Shown here piece by piece: positions 48,604 to 62,803 of a DNA stretch of 64,000 nt (position 1 is the first letter of the stretch; the number at the start of each line of letters is the position of its first letter). The DNA lies in NCBI RefSeq assembly GCF_026571515.1, contig NW_026866518.1, positions 434,001 through 498,000 on the forward strand. Direction: 5' to 3'. The notes under the pieces are model-generated. The model was not told the origin of the DNA and did not search any database. It saw only the letters and a list, made by a program, of their open reading frames with translations. The position numbers and the translations under genes are program-made. This DNA comes from Ruditapes philippinarum. Its lineage: Eukaryota.

Positions 48604-51600
48604 ATGTCGACGGCAGTGCAACAATGCAAAGGCAAAAAAGATTTCGGTTATTCTAAAGTGAAATCACCAGAACAAGTATTGAAAGGATTCACAATTCAAT
48701 CAGTTCAAAAACATGCACAGGGAAAGGTATAATTGTTTTTGATTTTTAGTTTGTTTAACAATGGCGTTTATACTTACATATACTTATTATTCATGCAGAA
48801 ATACTTGTCAGTTTTGTAGAAATATACATATTTCAATAACTACTGAAATTCTGTCCTTAATAATTAAGGTATTGGACAGATCTTTACATTGCTGTGGCAG
48901 TAACTTGTGAAGGTTCAACATATTCAACCAGATCTATTTCATTTATTCTTACCATCAACAATTTTTCATATCTGAAAACCTACATTTGTAGATATTAATG
49001 GATATCATATCCTATTAGAGAATACATCGGGTTTCGTGGACATTTTGTTCTTCATTTTCATTAAAAGTTGACCGTTGTCCATACTTTCATTATTTTTTTT
49101 CACAAGCTGTTTAAAGTTTATGATGTCTCAGTATTTATTAGCTGGGTTTATGATAATTTTATCGTTATTTAGGATTTTATTTTAATTTGGTGTAAAAGAT
49201 AGATTCTTACATGTTTCATAATATTCCCCTATCACACAGATAGGGCACTGCCACAGTCAAATGCATTATTATATGATCATATATGCACAACATACGTATA
49301 TATACATCATTATGATGTCAGATACATGTATGACATCAATAAACCAGATGGTGTCAGGAAAATTGCTTGTACGCTCAATGTAGTTCAACATATTTTCATC
49401 CAGTCTCTTTATATGAACATGTTAGAATGGCAATAGATAATAATTTTTCCTACATTATAGTATAATAATGCACAGTTTTTTATCTTTCAAAAGCTTTGTG
49501 ATTAATCACTCAAGCCTATCGACCTTTATGATAATATTTCTATGCATTTGAACTTAAACAGTGCATATTTCTACAACAATGCACTGGAATTGATATTTAT
49601 TTCCTAAGCTTATCATTAATATGTATACTGTTCGAATGATTTTACACTGAACTTGTTAAAAATGGTTATTAACGTTCCCATCCTTGAATTTTTGTAAAAT
49701 TGCTCCCATGATTAGTTATAGATGTTGAAATGGCTTGTGAGATTCTCTTTTGACTTCCACAATCCACAAAATTTTAATTTAAATCCTGTCAAATAAACTA
49801 ATTAAAAATCCTTTGGTACATATTAAAATGATTTTTGTTAATATTTATTACTTAAAATTCATTGATTTACTAAAAAGACAATGATAACTTAATAATTATG
49901 GTCAATTTCAAAGTAAAATGTAGAATTTAATGTAAATTCTTACTAATTAAAAGAAAGATTCCTTGCATTAAATCTGTTAAAAGTGCTGTTGTGACAGTTA
50001 AATGAATTGATAATCTGCCCTTTGAGACAGATAATTTGATTGAATGGTATTCGATCTCAAGTTTTAAAAATAATTAAAAAGAAGTTAATTTCATTAGTTA
50101 ATTTAAAAAGTTTGTAGTGTTTAGATAGAAGAAAAATGAGTTTCTTATTTAAAATCCATTATATTTATATTATAGATTGAGAATCCACCAAAAGCTGGAG
50201 CTTTCTCAGAAAGAGAGACGACTAAAACTGCCTTCAGAAAGTTTTATGAAAGAGGAGATTTCCCAATAGCACTTGAACACGATACAAAGGGAAACAAAAT
50301 TGCATGGAAGGTTTGTCATCAAGACATTTATTATTTCACGTATATGTCCATAGAAATGTTAGTCATTATTCAATGGACATTAGTTAAAGACTTATTATTG
50401 CAACTGAATTTGAATCTGCAAGTTTTAGCACATAAATCATGATTGTATCTCTTTTTTTCTATTTCTTTTTTTGGTCATTGATATCACTTAGAAATATCAC
50501 AGATATACAGTCTTCTTCTTTTTTTATTCTTGGTGACTAGTTTACCATTACTGACTTGTTTAAAAACTGGTTTAGAACTTTAGATAATTGCAATTGAAAA
50601 TATTTCTTATACAGGTTGAAATTGAAAAGTTAGATTATCATCATTATCTGCCCCTGTTCTTTGATGGACTCTGTGAAACGGTACACCCTTATGAGTTCTT
50701 TGCCAGACAAGGAGTTCACGATATGTTGGAGCACGGAGGTTCAAAAATCCTGCCAGTCATTCCACAGCTTATCATTCCTATCAAAAGTAAGTCAAAATAT
50801 GTTGTTATTTTGTTGTTGTTGCTGTTAACCTCAATCAATACTAAATATATTTAAGATCTTCTGTGAAATTGGCACAACTTAGTGACCAAACCTTTTTTTA
50901 TGAATTTTTAAAAAGAAACTGTAGCTGTAATATGTGAAGAATACTTTCAATGGGTTTCATTCATGCTTTAGATTAAATAAAAGACAAAAGATGTACTAAT
51001 GATTTCTATTACAAAGGGAGATAATTATAAAGAATTTCTTACCTTTGTTAAAGGTATATCAGTAATATTTATGGGTATATTCTATTGCTACCATCAGGCT
51101 AAGGGTTTAATTTTACCTGAAATTTGTTGTAATTCATTTACTCATCGAGATGCATGAACATTTAGACCATTCTCTAGTCTGCAAGTGCGCATATTTATTT
51201 TCAATTTGCTTTACTGTAGTGTAAAAATGACTGTTTACACCCACATAACATATTTCCCTTTCCTTATTACAGATGCTCTGAACAGTAGAAAAGAGAATGT
51301 TATATGCACAACACTAAAAGTGTTGCAACATTTGGTAATATCAGCAGATATGGTTGGAGAGGCCCTGGTTCCATATTACAGACAAATCCTGCCCATCCTC
51401 AATATCTTCAAAAATAAGAACTGTAAGTGTCATAAAGCATATTTTAATACCATATCCTCCACAGCTTCAATTGTCTTTTTGATTTTATTGTAATTACAGG
51501 ATTATGTTTGTTTTTCTCGCTCAAATTTTAGTGTTAAGCAGTGTATTTTATGTTTTCATTAGTAGTGATATGAAACTGAGAAAAAGATAAACAACATGTA

Positions 51601-51978
51601 CGTTTGTATAATCATGCACAACCAATTTTATATAGCTAATCTTTCTTGGTATGAGTTATCCACTCATGAAGAATGAAAATAAATTTGAAGAAACAAAAGG
51701 TCATATCCTTTTGAATAAGTAATTGAAATCACAAATTTGGCTAATATTGTCTGTTGATGTATTAGCTAAGTGTACTAGTGCATGGACTGAAAAAAAATGT
51801 TATTTTCTTTCTTACAGTGAATTCAGGTGATGGAATCGATTACAGCCAACAAAAAAGACAAAATATTGGTGACCTTATTCAGGAAACGCTAGAAGCCTTT
51901 GAGAAACATGGCGGTGAAGATGCTTTCATAAACATTAAATACATGGTTCCTACATATGAATCTTGTATGTTAAATTGA
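48604..51978 (+). CDS. PACRG: Parkin co-regulated gene protein (axonemal inner-junction protein), ~246 aa, 5 exons
   Basis: Exons 48604-48726, 50176-50310, 50615-50786, 51273-51422 and 51818-51978 (741 nt, phases 0/0/1/1). Hallmark segments [57 protein letters not shown] and [25 protein letters not shown] at 52051. Confidence 0.98.
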
Positions 51979-54297
51979 GAATGACAACAATCTTATAGAC
52001 AATAATTTCCTTTGAAGAAACATTTTTTTCCTCTCCATTTTTTTGGCCTGAATAAAGAATTAATATGTTATTACTAAAGTAATTTTTTTTCCCCGAAGAA
52101 AAGAGAACAACTAAAATTCAATCATGCGTTTGTTATTTGTTAGTAACATCCGGTTCTACAGGTGGTATTTTATCTTTAAATGAGTGAAGCATTATTTTTA
52201 AACTGGCCAAAAAAAACAAACAAACCCAAAGTATTGTTATGTGTAATAACTATTTAGAATAAGAATATTTTTATTTATCTTTTAAGATTATTTTTTATAT
52301 ATATTTCTGCTCATTTGAACAAATCGCAGCCATGAAGTGTTTTATATACAAGATGTATGTTTATCAGCCAAATTCAAAGTGAATGGATTACTAAATTACT
52401 GGAGTTTTGAATGCTTTTTGAAATAGATTTACGGTGAAATAATACACAGTTACATTTCCAGTGTGTGATTATTTTGAAATGTGTTGACTGTATTCTTTAC
52501 ATAGGCTGGTAAACTGAAACGGCTATTTATTTTTATTGTTTCTAAACACATGTTTTTTGTACTGATCACTATTGTTTAATGTATAGTGTTTTCATCTTCT
52601 TCATGTATATATGTTGGATGCAGTTGATAGAGAATGGACTGCTTGAATGAGTGCATTTATTCTATTTTTATCATATAAAATAATTGACTTGTTACTATGC
52701 GCACCGGAAAAAGAGTACGGGAAATGCACAAAATCAGATGATATCCTAAAAAATCTTTCTTTCATGTGATGGGCAGATTAGCGTGAATTGTAGTTAGCAC
52801 TACATGTATGGAAGTTAGTAAGACATCATAAAAAGAGATTTGTACATAAAAATTAAGTGTGTAAAGATCTACAAACTTATCTGTGATAACTGTGTAAATG
52901 TGAATTTTATGTTACACATTTGTTAATTGACTATGTTTTTGCTGCATATTGTTTTTTTTTACATTTTAAAAATTGGGATTACCACTTTTGATATGAAACA
53001 ATTTAAAAAATTTAATTTTCAATAACGGTCTTAATTATGGGGGTTAAAATAAAAAAATACCATCTTATTTTTTTGAGTTTTTCTTTTTAATTTTTAATGT
53101 TTAAAAAAGTTTTTTTTAAAAAAAGGGGAAAAAATTTTACACATGTTTGTTTTGGTAAAACCAAAGTTCTCAGAGGGTTTTTTACTTTAAGATTTGGATT
53201 ATTTTAAAAACTGCGCAAAAAACCCTTGTTTGGAAAAATTTTAGATTAACCATTTTTTTTCCAGATATTTATTAATTTTTCAAAAAATGACCAAATTAAA
53301 AATACAATGTTTTTCACCAAATAAAAAATGAAATAAATTTAATTAAATGTTTTTAAATTTAAAACGGGGTATTTTCTTTTGATTTTTAAAATTTTCCATT
53401 TTAAATGCTCACTTGATTTAAGGTTTAAATTTTTTTGTCTGATCACAAGTTGTAAGGCATCCCGTATTTTTTCTTTTAAAACGCTTATTTTTATTCTTTT
53501 TTTCAAAAATATTTCAATCAAGAAAATACATAAACGAGACAAAATTTTCAGTTTGGGAGATAAATTTTATTTTTTAACATTTTCACCTGGTGGTGTCAAA
53601 AGGATTTGTTTTTTGGGTCCTCCTTCGGTGGGGGAAAAAATATTACATAAGGGTTTGTTAAATTTTCAAAAATAATTTTTAAAAAAAAAAAATTGATTAT
53701 TGTTAATTTTTATCAATTTGACCCAAATTACTAAATAATAATTTTATCTTTATCGAAAAAATTTCATGTAAAAATGTATTTGTGTTTGGGAGGGGCGGGT
53801 AAATTGACCCCCCCCGGGTTTTTAAATTAGCTTTCAAAAATTTTTTTTCCCCCCTAATTTTTCCCCAAATCTTTTTTCTCTTAGATAAGGCCCTTTCAAA
53901 ATTGTAAATGAAAAAAATAGGAAACGATATATAAATTGAAAATTTAATTAAATGGGTTAAAACTTTATGTCAAACTTTTTCTAAAAAAAATGGATAATTT
54001 CGGTAAACCCATAGAGGCCTCTTTTTAAGAGGGTTTATATATGTTTTGACTGTGGGATTTTAAATTTCCTATTTTTTTTTGGAGCTAATTTGACTTAAAA
54101 TTAAAATTTTTTGGGATGGGAAAATAAAAAATAATTTAAAAAAAAAATTGATTTTTTAGGGGACTGCTTGTTTTGCCGTATAGGTCTTTGGACCTCAGTG
54201 GAGCTCCTTTAATAAGAAATAAATATATAATATTATAGTCACGAAGATCATAGGCATAAGCGATTTTAACAAAGCATCCTCAAAGCTTTGTGGAGAA

Positions 54298-54430
54298 AGA
54301 GTGGTGCAGGGGTAGAGCATTGGACTCCTAATCCTTAGGTTGTAGGTTGAAATCCCACTTGTAGTGAGATTCTCCTTTAACTTCAGCAACCCACAATGTT
54401 GGCTCAAATATGGCACCCGAAGCAGTAATT
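54298..54430 (+). mobile_element. Degenerate tRNA-like SINE head
   Basis: GTGGTGCAGGGGTAGAGC (A-box-like) and GGTTGAAATCCC (B-box-like) at tRNA spacing, no intact cloverleaf, in low-quality sequence. Confidence 0.4.
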
Positions 54431-57400
54431 TTTTGTGATTTTAACCCCATGTTGATACCAAAAAAAGGGGATTTTTGCCTTTAATAGGAAATAAGAAAAA
54501 AAACCGGGGTTTGCACTATCATATGATAGTGCAAGAAAAATGAATATGCAGTTAAACAATGAATAGAAAAAATGTTTAGCGGTGAAGTAATTTTCTAGAG
54601 ATGTGATTTTATGTGACAGTCAACCTTTACTAAGTTTTTGTGTATATATATGTCATGACTGCTTGAAAGCTAAGTCTTTGTTGAAGAAGAAAAACTGGGA
54701 CAGTATTTGACATTGAAATCGAACTCTGGTAACAGCCTACTGTATTATATAACTGCATATCTGAATAATTCATAATTTCAAGATATACAATCATGTATAA
54801 ATGGAAATATAACATTTATGAAATTATAAGTTCATTTTCTGAAATAGTTTTGCTTTTAAGCTTGATAAGCTATTGTAAATTTGCAAATAGTTTTGGTTGT
54901 CATATTGTGGTGATTTATCATGTATCAGAGGTCTATGTTACTCAGGAATTTAATTACAAGGACATCAATTTGTATACCTGAAAATTTGAAACTATAATGA
55001 TATATACTAGTATAGTGCTATGTAAACTTACTGGCCTTATATTTATAATATCTAATCAGACAGGTCTTTTGAAAAGAACAGTTCATGTCAGCGCAATACA
55101 ATAACATTTTGCTGAATGTTTAATGGAATATAAATTGTATGTCTGTCTGTCTGTCTGTGTTCAATCAACCTGTTGAAATGAAAAGTGATATGTAAAACGA
55201 ATACATTCAAAGGTTTGAAATGTGCATGCTCAGCAACTTTATATATTCTGTCAAGGACTAAAATTGTTCATATAAAATGATTTTAACTTTATAATATTTC
55301 CTCTATTGGTCCATATCTGTCTGAAAATTAACTAATTGTCTTGTGATCATTAGAATCATTGTGTAGACACTTGGTTAAGACACACAAAAAAGATACTTTG
55401 CTCAAACAACAAAACTTACCAGTCATAAATCATTGAAGATCTATGTCTAAACGTTTTTGCAGCAAAAATTTATTTGCCACTTTCTCCCTAAGATCATTTA
55501 AGCTGATTAGGAATATATTATATCTAAAATTTCTTTTAAAAAGTTCAGGGATATATTGCTTTAACATTATAAGTCCATGGAACTACTCTTAAATAGATAA
55601 TTCAATGACTTTAATGGAAAATATGATTGTACTATGTAATTGTGAATATTTGCCACATTGATTAAGGAAGCTAGGAAAAGTTTAAGTTGCTGTTAATATC
55701 CCTTATAATCCCAAAATGCAATTATGTTTGCCACCACCATATATTTAGGCTAGCCAGTTTGTCCATGCAGTATGACCAGGTTCTATATTGCTAGCTGATT
55801 AATTTCAGTATTTGAAATTACCTGCAACAAATATTATAGGGTGTTGTGTTTAAATGAACTAAGATTTTAAGAAAGGTAAAATATTCACAATTTGATAAAT
55901 AATTTGCATGTTATATGCAATTAATGACTGTTTTTGCAGTATTTATCACCATATTTCTACCGAGTATAAACACAGTAAGGGCTATTTTTTAAATATTCTG
56001 ACCTATTTTGGGAAATTCTCGTAGATTAAAGTGCAGTTTTTCAGTATGTAAATAATACTTTCTTTGTTCACTTGACAATATTTTATTTACTTTTTAATAC
56101 ATTTTTAAAAAATTCATGAAAATTACCATGAACCTGGAGGCATGCTGCTTTAAGTGACAGTGAGTAGAAGTGCAGGTTGACCTGTCACTAAACACATGTT
56201 TAATAATTATTTTTGTCACACCAACTAAGAGTTAAAAAGACTTATGCCCAGAGTTGTTCAACAATGAAAAAAGTTAATAAAAACATACACCGATACAATA
56301 TTCTTATCTGCAAACCTTAAGCCTTCTCTTAGGGTTAACAAAGTGGATTATTCCTTGCCACCATGACAGTATAAACAAATTATTATTTTTAATAGCTTCA
56401 TTTATTGCTGGAAAGAAAGCATGCCAACTTTTTCTTTTTACTATTTTTCAGGACGTTGTATTTGTAAATATTGAATAATGAAAATAAAAAGTATAACAAT
56501 AAAAATGTTTTTTTTTCTTCATTAAAGTACTGCATAACTGATTTAAATAAACTAACCATATACATGTAATATTCATTTTTGGAATTAAATATTTAATGTC
56601 AATATTTTTTTTTAAGTTTTTTTTTCTTTCTCGTGAATAGGCACTTAAGAGAAGTCTATAAAAGTTGATAGCTTGTAAATATATCGGTTTCACAGTTAAC
56701 AGTTCTCAATCACAGAGTTATAACAGTTTATGTCATATGTATTATTATCTTTACCTTGACAGCATTGACCGCATTTCAGTCGTAATATCTATACTGTAAT
56801 AAACATACTAATTTAACTACTTTCACAGTTTTAGTTTTTTAACAATGCATACATTTTTTTTGTATGATTAACTGATATTATTGATTCAATGTTATTTTTG
56901 ATAACAAATTAAAGCGTAAATTTTTTACTTTTAATATAATTGATTGGGTTTGAAGTCAGGATTACTTTCCTGCTGCCCAGGCTAATTTACTATATGTTTC
57001 TTCTTATACACTATTCTAAGATTCAAACCCACAGCAGCTATGGATGAGTGATTAAAATGGATATGTTTACTCTTTTAGCAACAGGATTCAGAGGTTGAAT
57101 CACATTTTAATAGTAGAAAGATTTAAACCTCTAATGTTCCAGTAAAATATTAACAAATATTGGCAGACTAAAATTAATATTCATATTATTGAAAAACTAA
57201 TTTCCTATTACAGAAGTACACCCCCAGACTTATGCTTATCTTTTTTATAAAAAAATTATAAAGTGCTTAAAATAGTAACTAAAATGCCATCAAGTGAACA
57301 AATATATTTAACAGAACTAGTACTTTAAGCCAGCATAAAATTACAGCATTTACAGTTCACATGAATTACACAAAATAATTAACCCTTTTCCCCATCAGTT

Positions 57401-57977
57401 ACAGGGTAGATTTTTTGTGATAAAATTGTAAATTCAGTCATTTTTAATAATTACATAAAATGCTATACCAATTGTTGACATTTACACCTTTTTTTATATT
57501 TCTGAATTCATTTTCCTAAAAGTTGATTTTCTATAATTTTGGTTTTAGATGCATTTACTAGTATAATGCGCGAGTTTTAACATACTGTCCATGAGTTTTA
57601 ACAGTCTGTCCACTATACAACTCTCATTGTAGCTAATAAAAGGGAAATGGCTATTAAGCTACGTGTTTATTTTTGGAAAGATTTTGGAAGATTTCAATAA
57701 CCACCTTTCATTAACCTTTCTTATCATGGTTTATTATACCAGGTAGAAAGATTGATCAGTAACTGCTGGTTTATTAAATAGCAATAGCTGTCAAATAAAT
57801 CAACATCATTTATATATTACAGACTTAAGTAAGACCGGATAACTTTATAAATTTCACATCCAGCCATTTAAAAAATCATTGAAGTCAATATTATTTTAAA
57901 CAAACTTATGTACATTGATTATGATCAAAAAACATTAATCTGATTCCAGTCCATTCCTGGTGTGATATTCTGCAACA

Positions 57978-60900
57978 GGGTAATGATCCCAGTCCGGGGT
58001 AAGATCCTAAACACTGGTAAGATCCCAGTCAGGGGTAAGATCCTTAACACTGGTAAGATCCCAGTCAGGGGCAAGATCCCAAACACTGTTAAGATCCCAG
58101 TCAGGGGTAAGATCCTTAACACTAGTAAGATCCCAGTCAGGGGCAAGATCCTAAACACTGGTAAGATCCCAGTCAGGGGTAAGATCCTGAACACTGGTAA
58201 GATCTCAGTCAGGGGTAAGATCCTTAACACTGTTAAGATCCCAGTCAGGGGTAAGATCCTTAACACTGGTAAGATCCCAGTCAGGGGCAAGATCCTAAAC
58301 ACTGGTAAGATCCCAGTCAGGGGTAAGATCCTTAACACTGTTAAGATCTCAGTCAGGGGTAAGATCCAAAACCTCTGGTCACTGGTAAGATCCCAGTCAG
58401 TGGTAAGATCCCAGTCAGGAGTAAGATCCTAAACACTGTTAAGATCCCAGTCAGGGGTAAGATCCAAAACTCTAGTCAGTGGTAAGATCCCAGTCAGTGG
58501 TAAGATCCCAGTCAGGGGTAAGATCCTAAACACTGTTAAGATCCCAGTCAGGGGTAAGATCCTAAACACTGTTAAGATCCCAGTCAGGGGTAAGATCCTA
58601 AACACTGGTAAGATCCCAGTCAGGGGTAAGATCCTTAACACTGTTAAGACCTAGTCAGGGGTAAGATCCAAAACTCTGGTCACTGGTAAGATCCCAGTCA
58701 GGGGTAAGATCCTAAACACTGTTAAGATCCCAGTCAGGGGTAAGATCCTTAACACTGTTAAGATCCCAGTCAGGGGTAAGATCCTAAACACTGGTAAGAT
58801 CCCAGTCAGGGGTAAGATCCTTAACACTGTTAAGATCTCAGTCAGGGGTAAGATCCTTAACACTGGTAAGATCTCAGTCAGGGGTAAGATCCTTAACACT
58901 GTTAAGATCCCAGTCAGGGGTAAGATCCTAAACACTGTTAAGATCCCAGTCAGGGGTAAGATCCTTAACACTGGTAAGATCTCAGTCATGGGTAAGATCC
59001 TTAACACTGTTAAGATCCCAGTCAGGGGTAAGATCCAAAACTCTGGTCACTGGTAAGATCCCAGTCACTGGTAAGATCCTAAACACTGGTAAGATCTCAG
59101 TCAGGGGTAAGATCCTTATAACAGTGTTTATATCCTAAACACTGTTAAGATCCCAGTCAGGGGTAAGATCCTTAACACTGTTAAGATCCCAGTCAGGGGT
59201 AAGATCCTAAACACTGTTAAGATCAAAGTCAGGGGTAAGATCATTAACACTAGTAAGATCCCAGTCAGGGGTAAGATCCTAAACACTGGTAAGATCTCAG
59301 TCAGGGGTAAGATCCTTAACACTGTTAAGATCCCAGTCAGGGGTAAGATCCTAAACAATGTTAAGATCTCAGTCAGGGGTAAGATCCTTAACACTGTTAA
59401 GATCTCAGTCAGGGGTAAGATCCTAAACAATGTTAAGATCCCAGTCAGGGGTAAGATCCTTAACACTAGTAAGATCCCAGTCAGGGGTAAGATCCTAAAC
59501 ACTGTTAAGATCTCAGTCAGGGGTAAGATCCTTAACACTGTTAAGATCCCAGTCAGGGGCAAGATCCTAAACACTGTTAAGATCTCAGTCAGGGGTAAGA
59601 TCCTGAACACTGGTAAGATCTCAGTCAGGGGTAAGATCCTTAACACTGTTAAGATCCCAGTCAGGGGTAAGATCCTTAACACTAGTAAGATCCCAGTCAG
59701 GGGCAAGATCCTAAACCACTGGTAAGATCCCAGTCAGGGGTAAGATCCTTAACACTGTTAAGATCTCAGTCAGGGGTAAGATCCAAAACTCTGGTCACTG
59801 GTAAGATCCCAGTCAGTGGTAAGACCCCAGTCAGGGGTAAGATCCTAAATACTGTTAAGATCCTAGTCAGGGGTAAGATCCAAAACTCTGGTCAGTGGTA
59901 AGATCCCAGTCAGGGGTAAGATCCTAAACACTGTTAAGATCCCAGTCAGGGGTAAGATCCTAAACACTGGTAAGATCCCAGTCAGGGGTAAGATCCTTAA
60001 CACTGTTAAGATCCCAGTCAGGGGTAAGATCCAAAACTCTGGTAACTGGTAAGATCCCAGTCAGGGGTAAGATCCTAAACACTGTTAAGATCCCAGTCAG
60101 GGTAAGATCCTTAACACTGTTAAGATCCCAGTCAGGGTAAGATCCTAAACACTGGTAAGATCCCAATCAGGGGTAAGATCCTTAACACTGTTAAGATCTC
60201 AGTCAGGGGTAAAATCCTTAACACTGTTAAGATCCCAGTCAGGGGTAAGATCCTAAACACTGTTAAGATCCCAGTCAGGGGTAAGATCCTTAACACTGGT
60301 AAGATCTCAGTCAGGGGTAAGATCCTTAACACTGTTAAGATCCCAGTCAGGGGTAAGATACAAAACTCTGGTCACTGGTAAGATCCTAAACACTGGTAAG
60401 ATCTCAGTCAGGGGTAAGATCCTTATAACAGTGTTTATATCCTAAACACTGTTAAGATCCCAGTCAGGGGTAAGATCCTTAACACTGTTAAGATCCCAGT
60501 CAGGGTAAGATCCTAAACACTGGTAAGATCCCAATCAGGGGTAAGATCGTTAACACTGTTAAGATCTCAGTCAGGGGTACAATCCTTAACACTGTTAAGA
60601 TCCCAGTCAGGGGTAAGATCCTAAACACTGTTAAGATCCCAGTCAGGGGTAAGATCCTAACACTAGTAAGATCCCAGTCAGGGGTAAGATCCTTAACACT
60701 GTTAAGATCCCAGTCAGGGGTAAGATCCTTAACATTAGTAAGATCCCAGTCAGGGGTAAGACCCTAAACACTGTTAAGATCTCAGTCAGGGGTAAGATCC
60801 TTAACACTTAAGATCCCAGTCAGGGGCAAGATCCTAAACACTGTTAAGATCTCAGTCAGGGGTAAGATCCTTAACACTGTTAAGATCCCAGTCAGGGGTA

Positions 60901-62803
60901 AGATCCTTAACACTGATAAGATCCCAGTCAGGGGCAAGATCCTAAACACTGGTAAGATCCCAGTCAGGGGTAAGATCCTTAACACTGTTAAGATCTCAGT
61001 CAGGGGTAAGATCCAAAACTCTGGTCACTGGTAAGATCCCAGTCAGTGGTAAGATCCCAGTCAGGGGTAAGATCCTAAATACTGTTAAGATCCCAGTCAG
61101 GGGTAAGATCCAAAACTCTGGTCAGTGGTAAGATCCCAGTCAGGGGTAAGATCCTAAACACTGTTAAGATCCCAGTCAGGGGTAAGATCCTAAACACTGT
61201 TAAGATCCCAGTCAGGGTAAGATCCTAAACACTGGTAAGATCCCAGTCAGGGGTAAGATCCTTTAACACTGTTAAGATCCCAGTCAGGGGTAAGATCCAA
61301 AACTCTGGTCACTGGTAAGATCCCAGTCAGCGGGTAAGATCCTAAACACTGTTAAGATCCCAGTCAGGGGTAAGATCCTTAACACTGTTAAAATCCCAGT
61401 CAGGGTAAGATCCTAAACACTGGTAAGATCCCAATCAGGGGTAAGATCCTTAACACTGTTAAGATCTCAGTCAGGGGTAAAATCCTTAACACTGTTAAGA
61501 TCCCAGTCAGGGGTAAGATCCTAAACACTGTTAAGATCCCAGTCAGGGGTAAGATCCTTAACAATGGTAAGATCTCAGTCAGGGGTAAGATCCTTAACAC
61601 TGTTAAGATCCCAGTCAGGGGTAAGATCCAAAACTCTGGTCACTGGTAAGATCCCAGTCACTGGTAAGATCCTAAACACTGGTAAGATCTCAGTCAGGGG
61701 TAAGATCCTTATAACAGTGTTTATATCCTAAACACTGTTAAGATCCCAGTCAGGGGTAAGATCCTTAACACTGTTAAGATCCCAGTCAGGGGTAAGATCC
61801 TAAACACTGTTAAGATCAAAGTCAGGGGTAAGATCCTTAACACTAGTAAGATCCCAGTCAGGGTAAGATCCTAAACACTGGTAAGATCTCAGTCAGGGGT
61901 AAGATCCTTAACACTGTTAAGATCCCAGTCAGGGGTAAGATCCTAAACAATGTTAAGATCTCAGTCAGGGGTAAGATCCTTAACACTGTTAAGATCTCAG
62001 TCAGGGGTAAGATCCTAAACAATGTTAAGATCCCAGTCAGGGGTAAGATCCTTAACACTAGTAAGATCCCAGTCAGGGGTAAGATCCTAAACACTGTTAA
62101 GATCCCAGTCAGGGGTAAGATCCTTAACACTGTTAAAATCCCAGTCAGGGGTAAGATCCTAAACACTGTTAAGATCTCAGTCAGGGGTAAGATCCTTAAC
62201 ACTAGTTAGATCCCAGTCAGGGGTAAGATCCTTAACACTGTTAAGGTAAGATCTTAACACTAGTAAGATCCCAGTCAGGGGTAAGATCCTTAACACTGTT
62301 AAGATCCCAGTCAGGGGCAAGATCCCAAACAATGTTAAGATCCCAGTCAGGGGTAAGATACTAACACTAGTAAGATCCCAGTCAGGGGTAAGATCCTAAA
62401 CACTGTTAAGATCCCAGTCAGGGGTAAGATCCTAACACTAGTTAGATCCCATTCAGGGGTAAAATCCTTAACACTGTTAAGATCCCAGTCAGGGGTAAGA
62501 TCCTAAACACTGTTAAGATCCCAGTCAGGGGTAAAATCCTTAACACTAGTAAGATCCCAGTCAGGGGTAAGATCCTTAACACTGTTAAGATCCCAGTCAG
62601 GGGTAAGATCCTAAACACTGGTAAGATCCCAGTCAGGGGCAAGATCCCAAACAATGTGAAGATCCCAGTCAGGGGTAAGATCCTAAACACTGGTTAGATC
62701 CCAGTTAGGGGGTAAGATCCCAAACACTGGTAAGATTGCAAACAATGGTAAGATCCCGGTCAGAGGTAAGATCCCAAACACTGGTAGGATCACAGTCAGG
62801 GGT
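57978..62803. repeat. Satellite array of ~4.8 kb, 36-bp unit made of two related 18-mers
   Basis: GTAAGATCCCAGTCAGGG + GTAAGATCCT(A/T)AACACTG, roughly 130 copies. Confidence 0.98.

Noticed and set aside
57925-62690. Repetitive ORFs (RILPLTGILTVF / KILNTGKIPVRG) as a repeat protein
   Set aside because: They follow from a 36-bp unit lacking stops in some frames. The frames are broken repeatedly by 1-bp indels, occur on both strands, and have no unique flanking exons.
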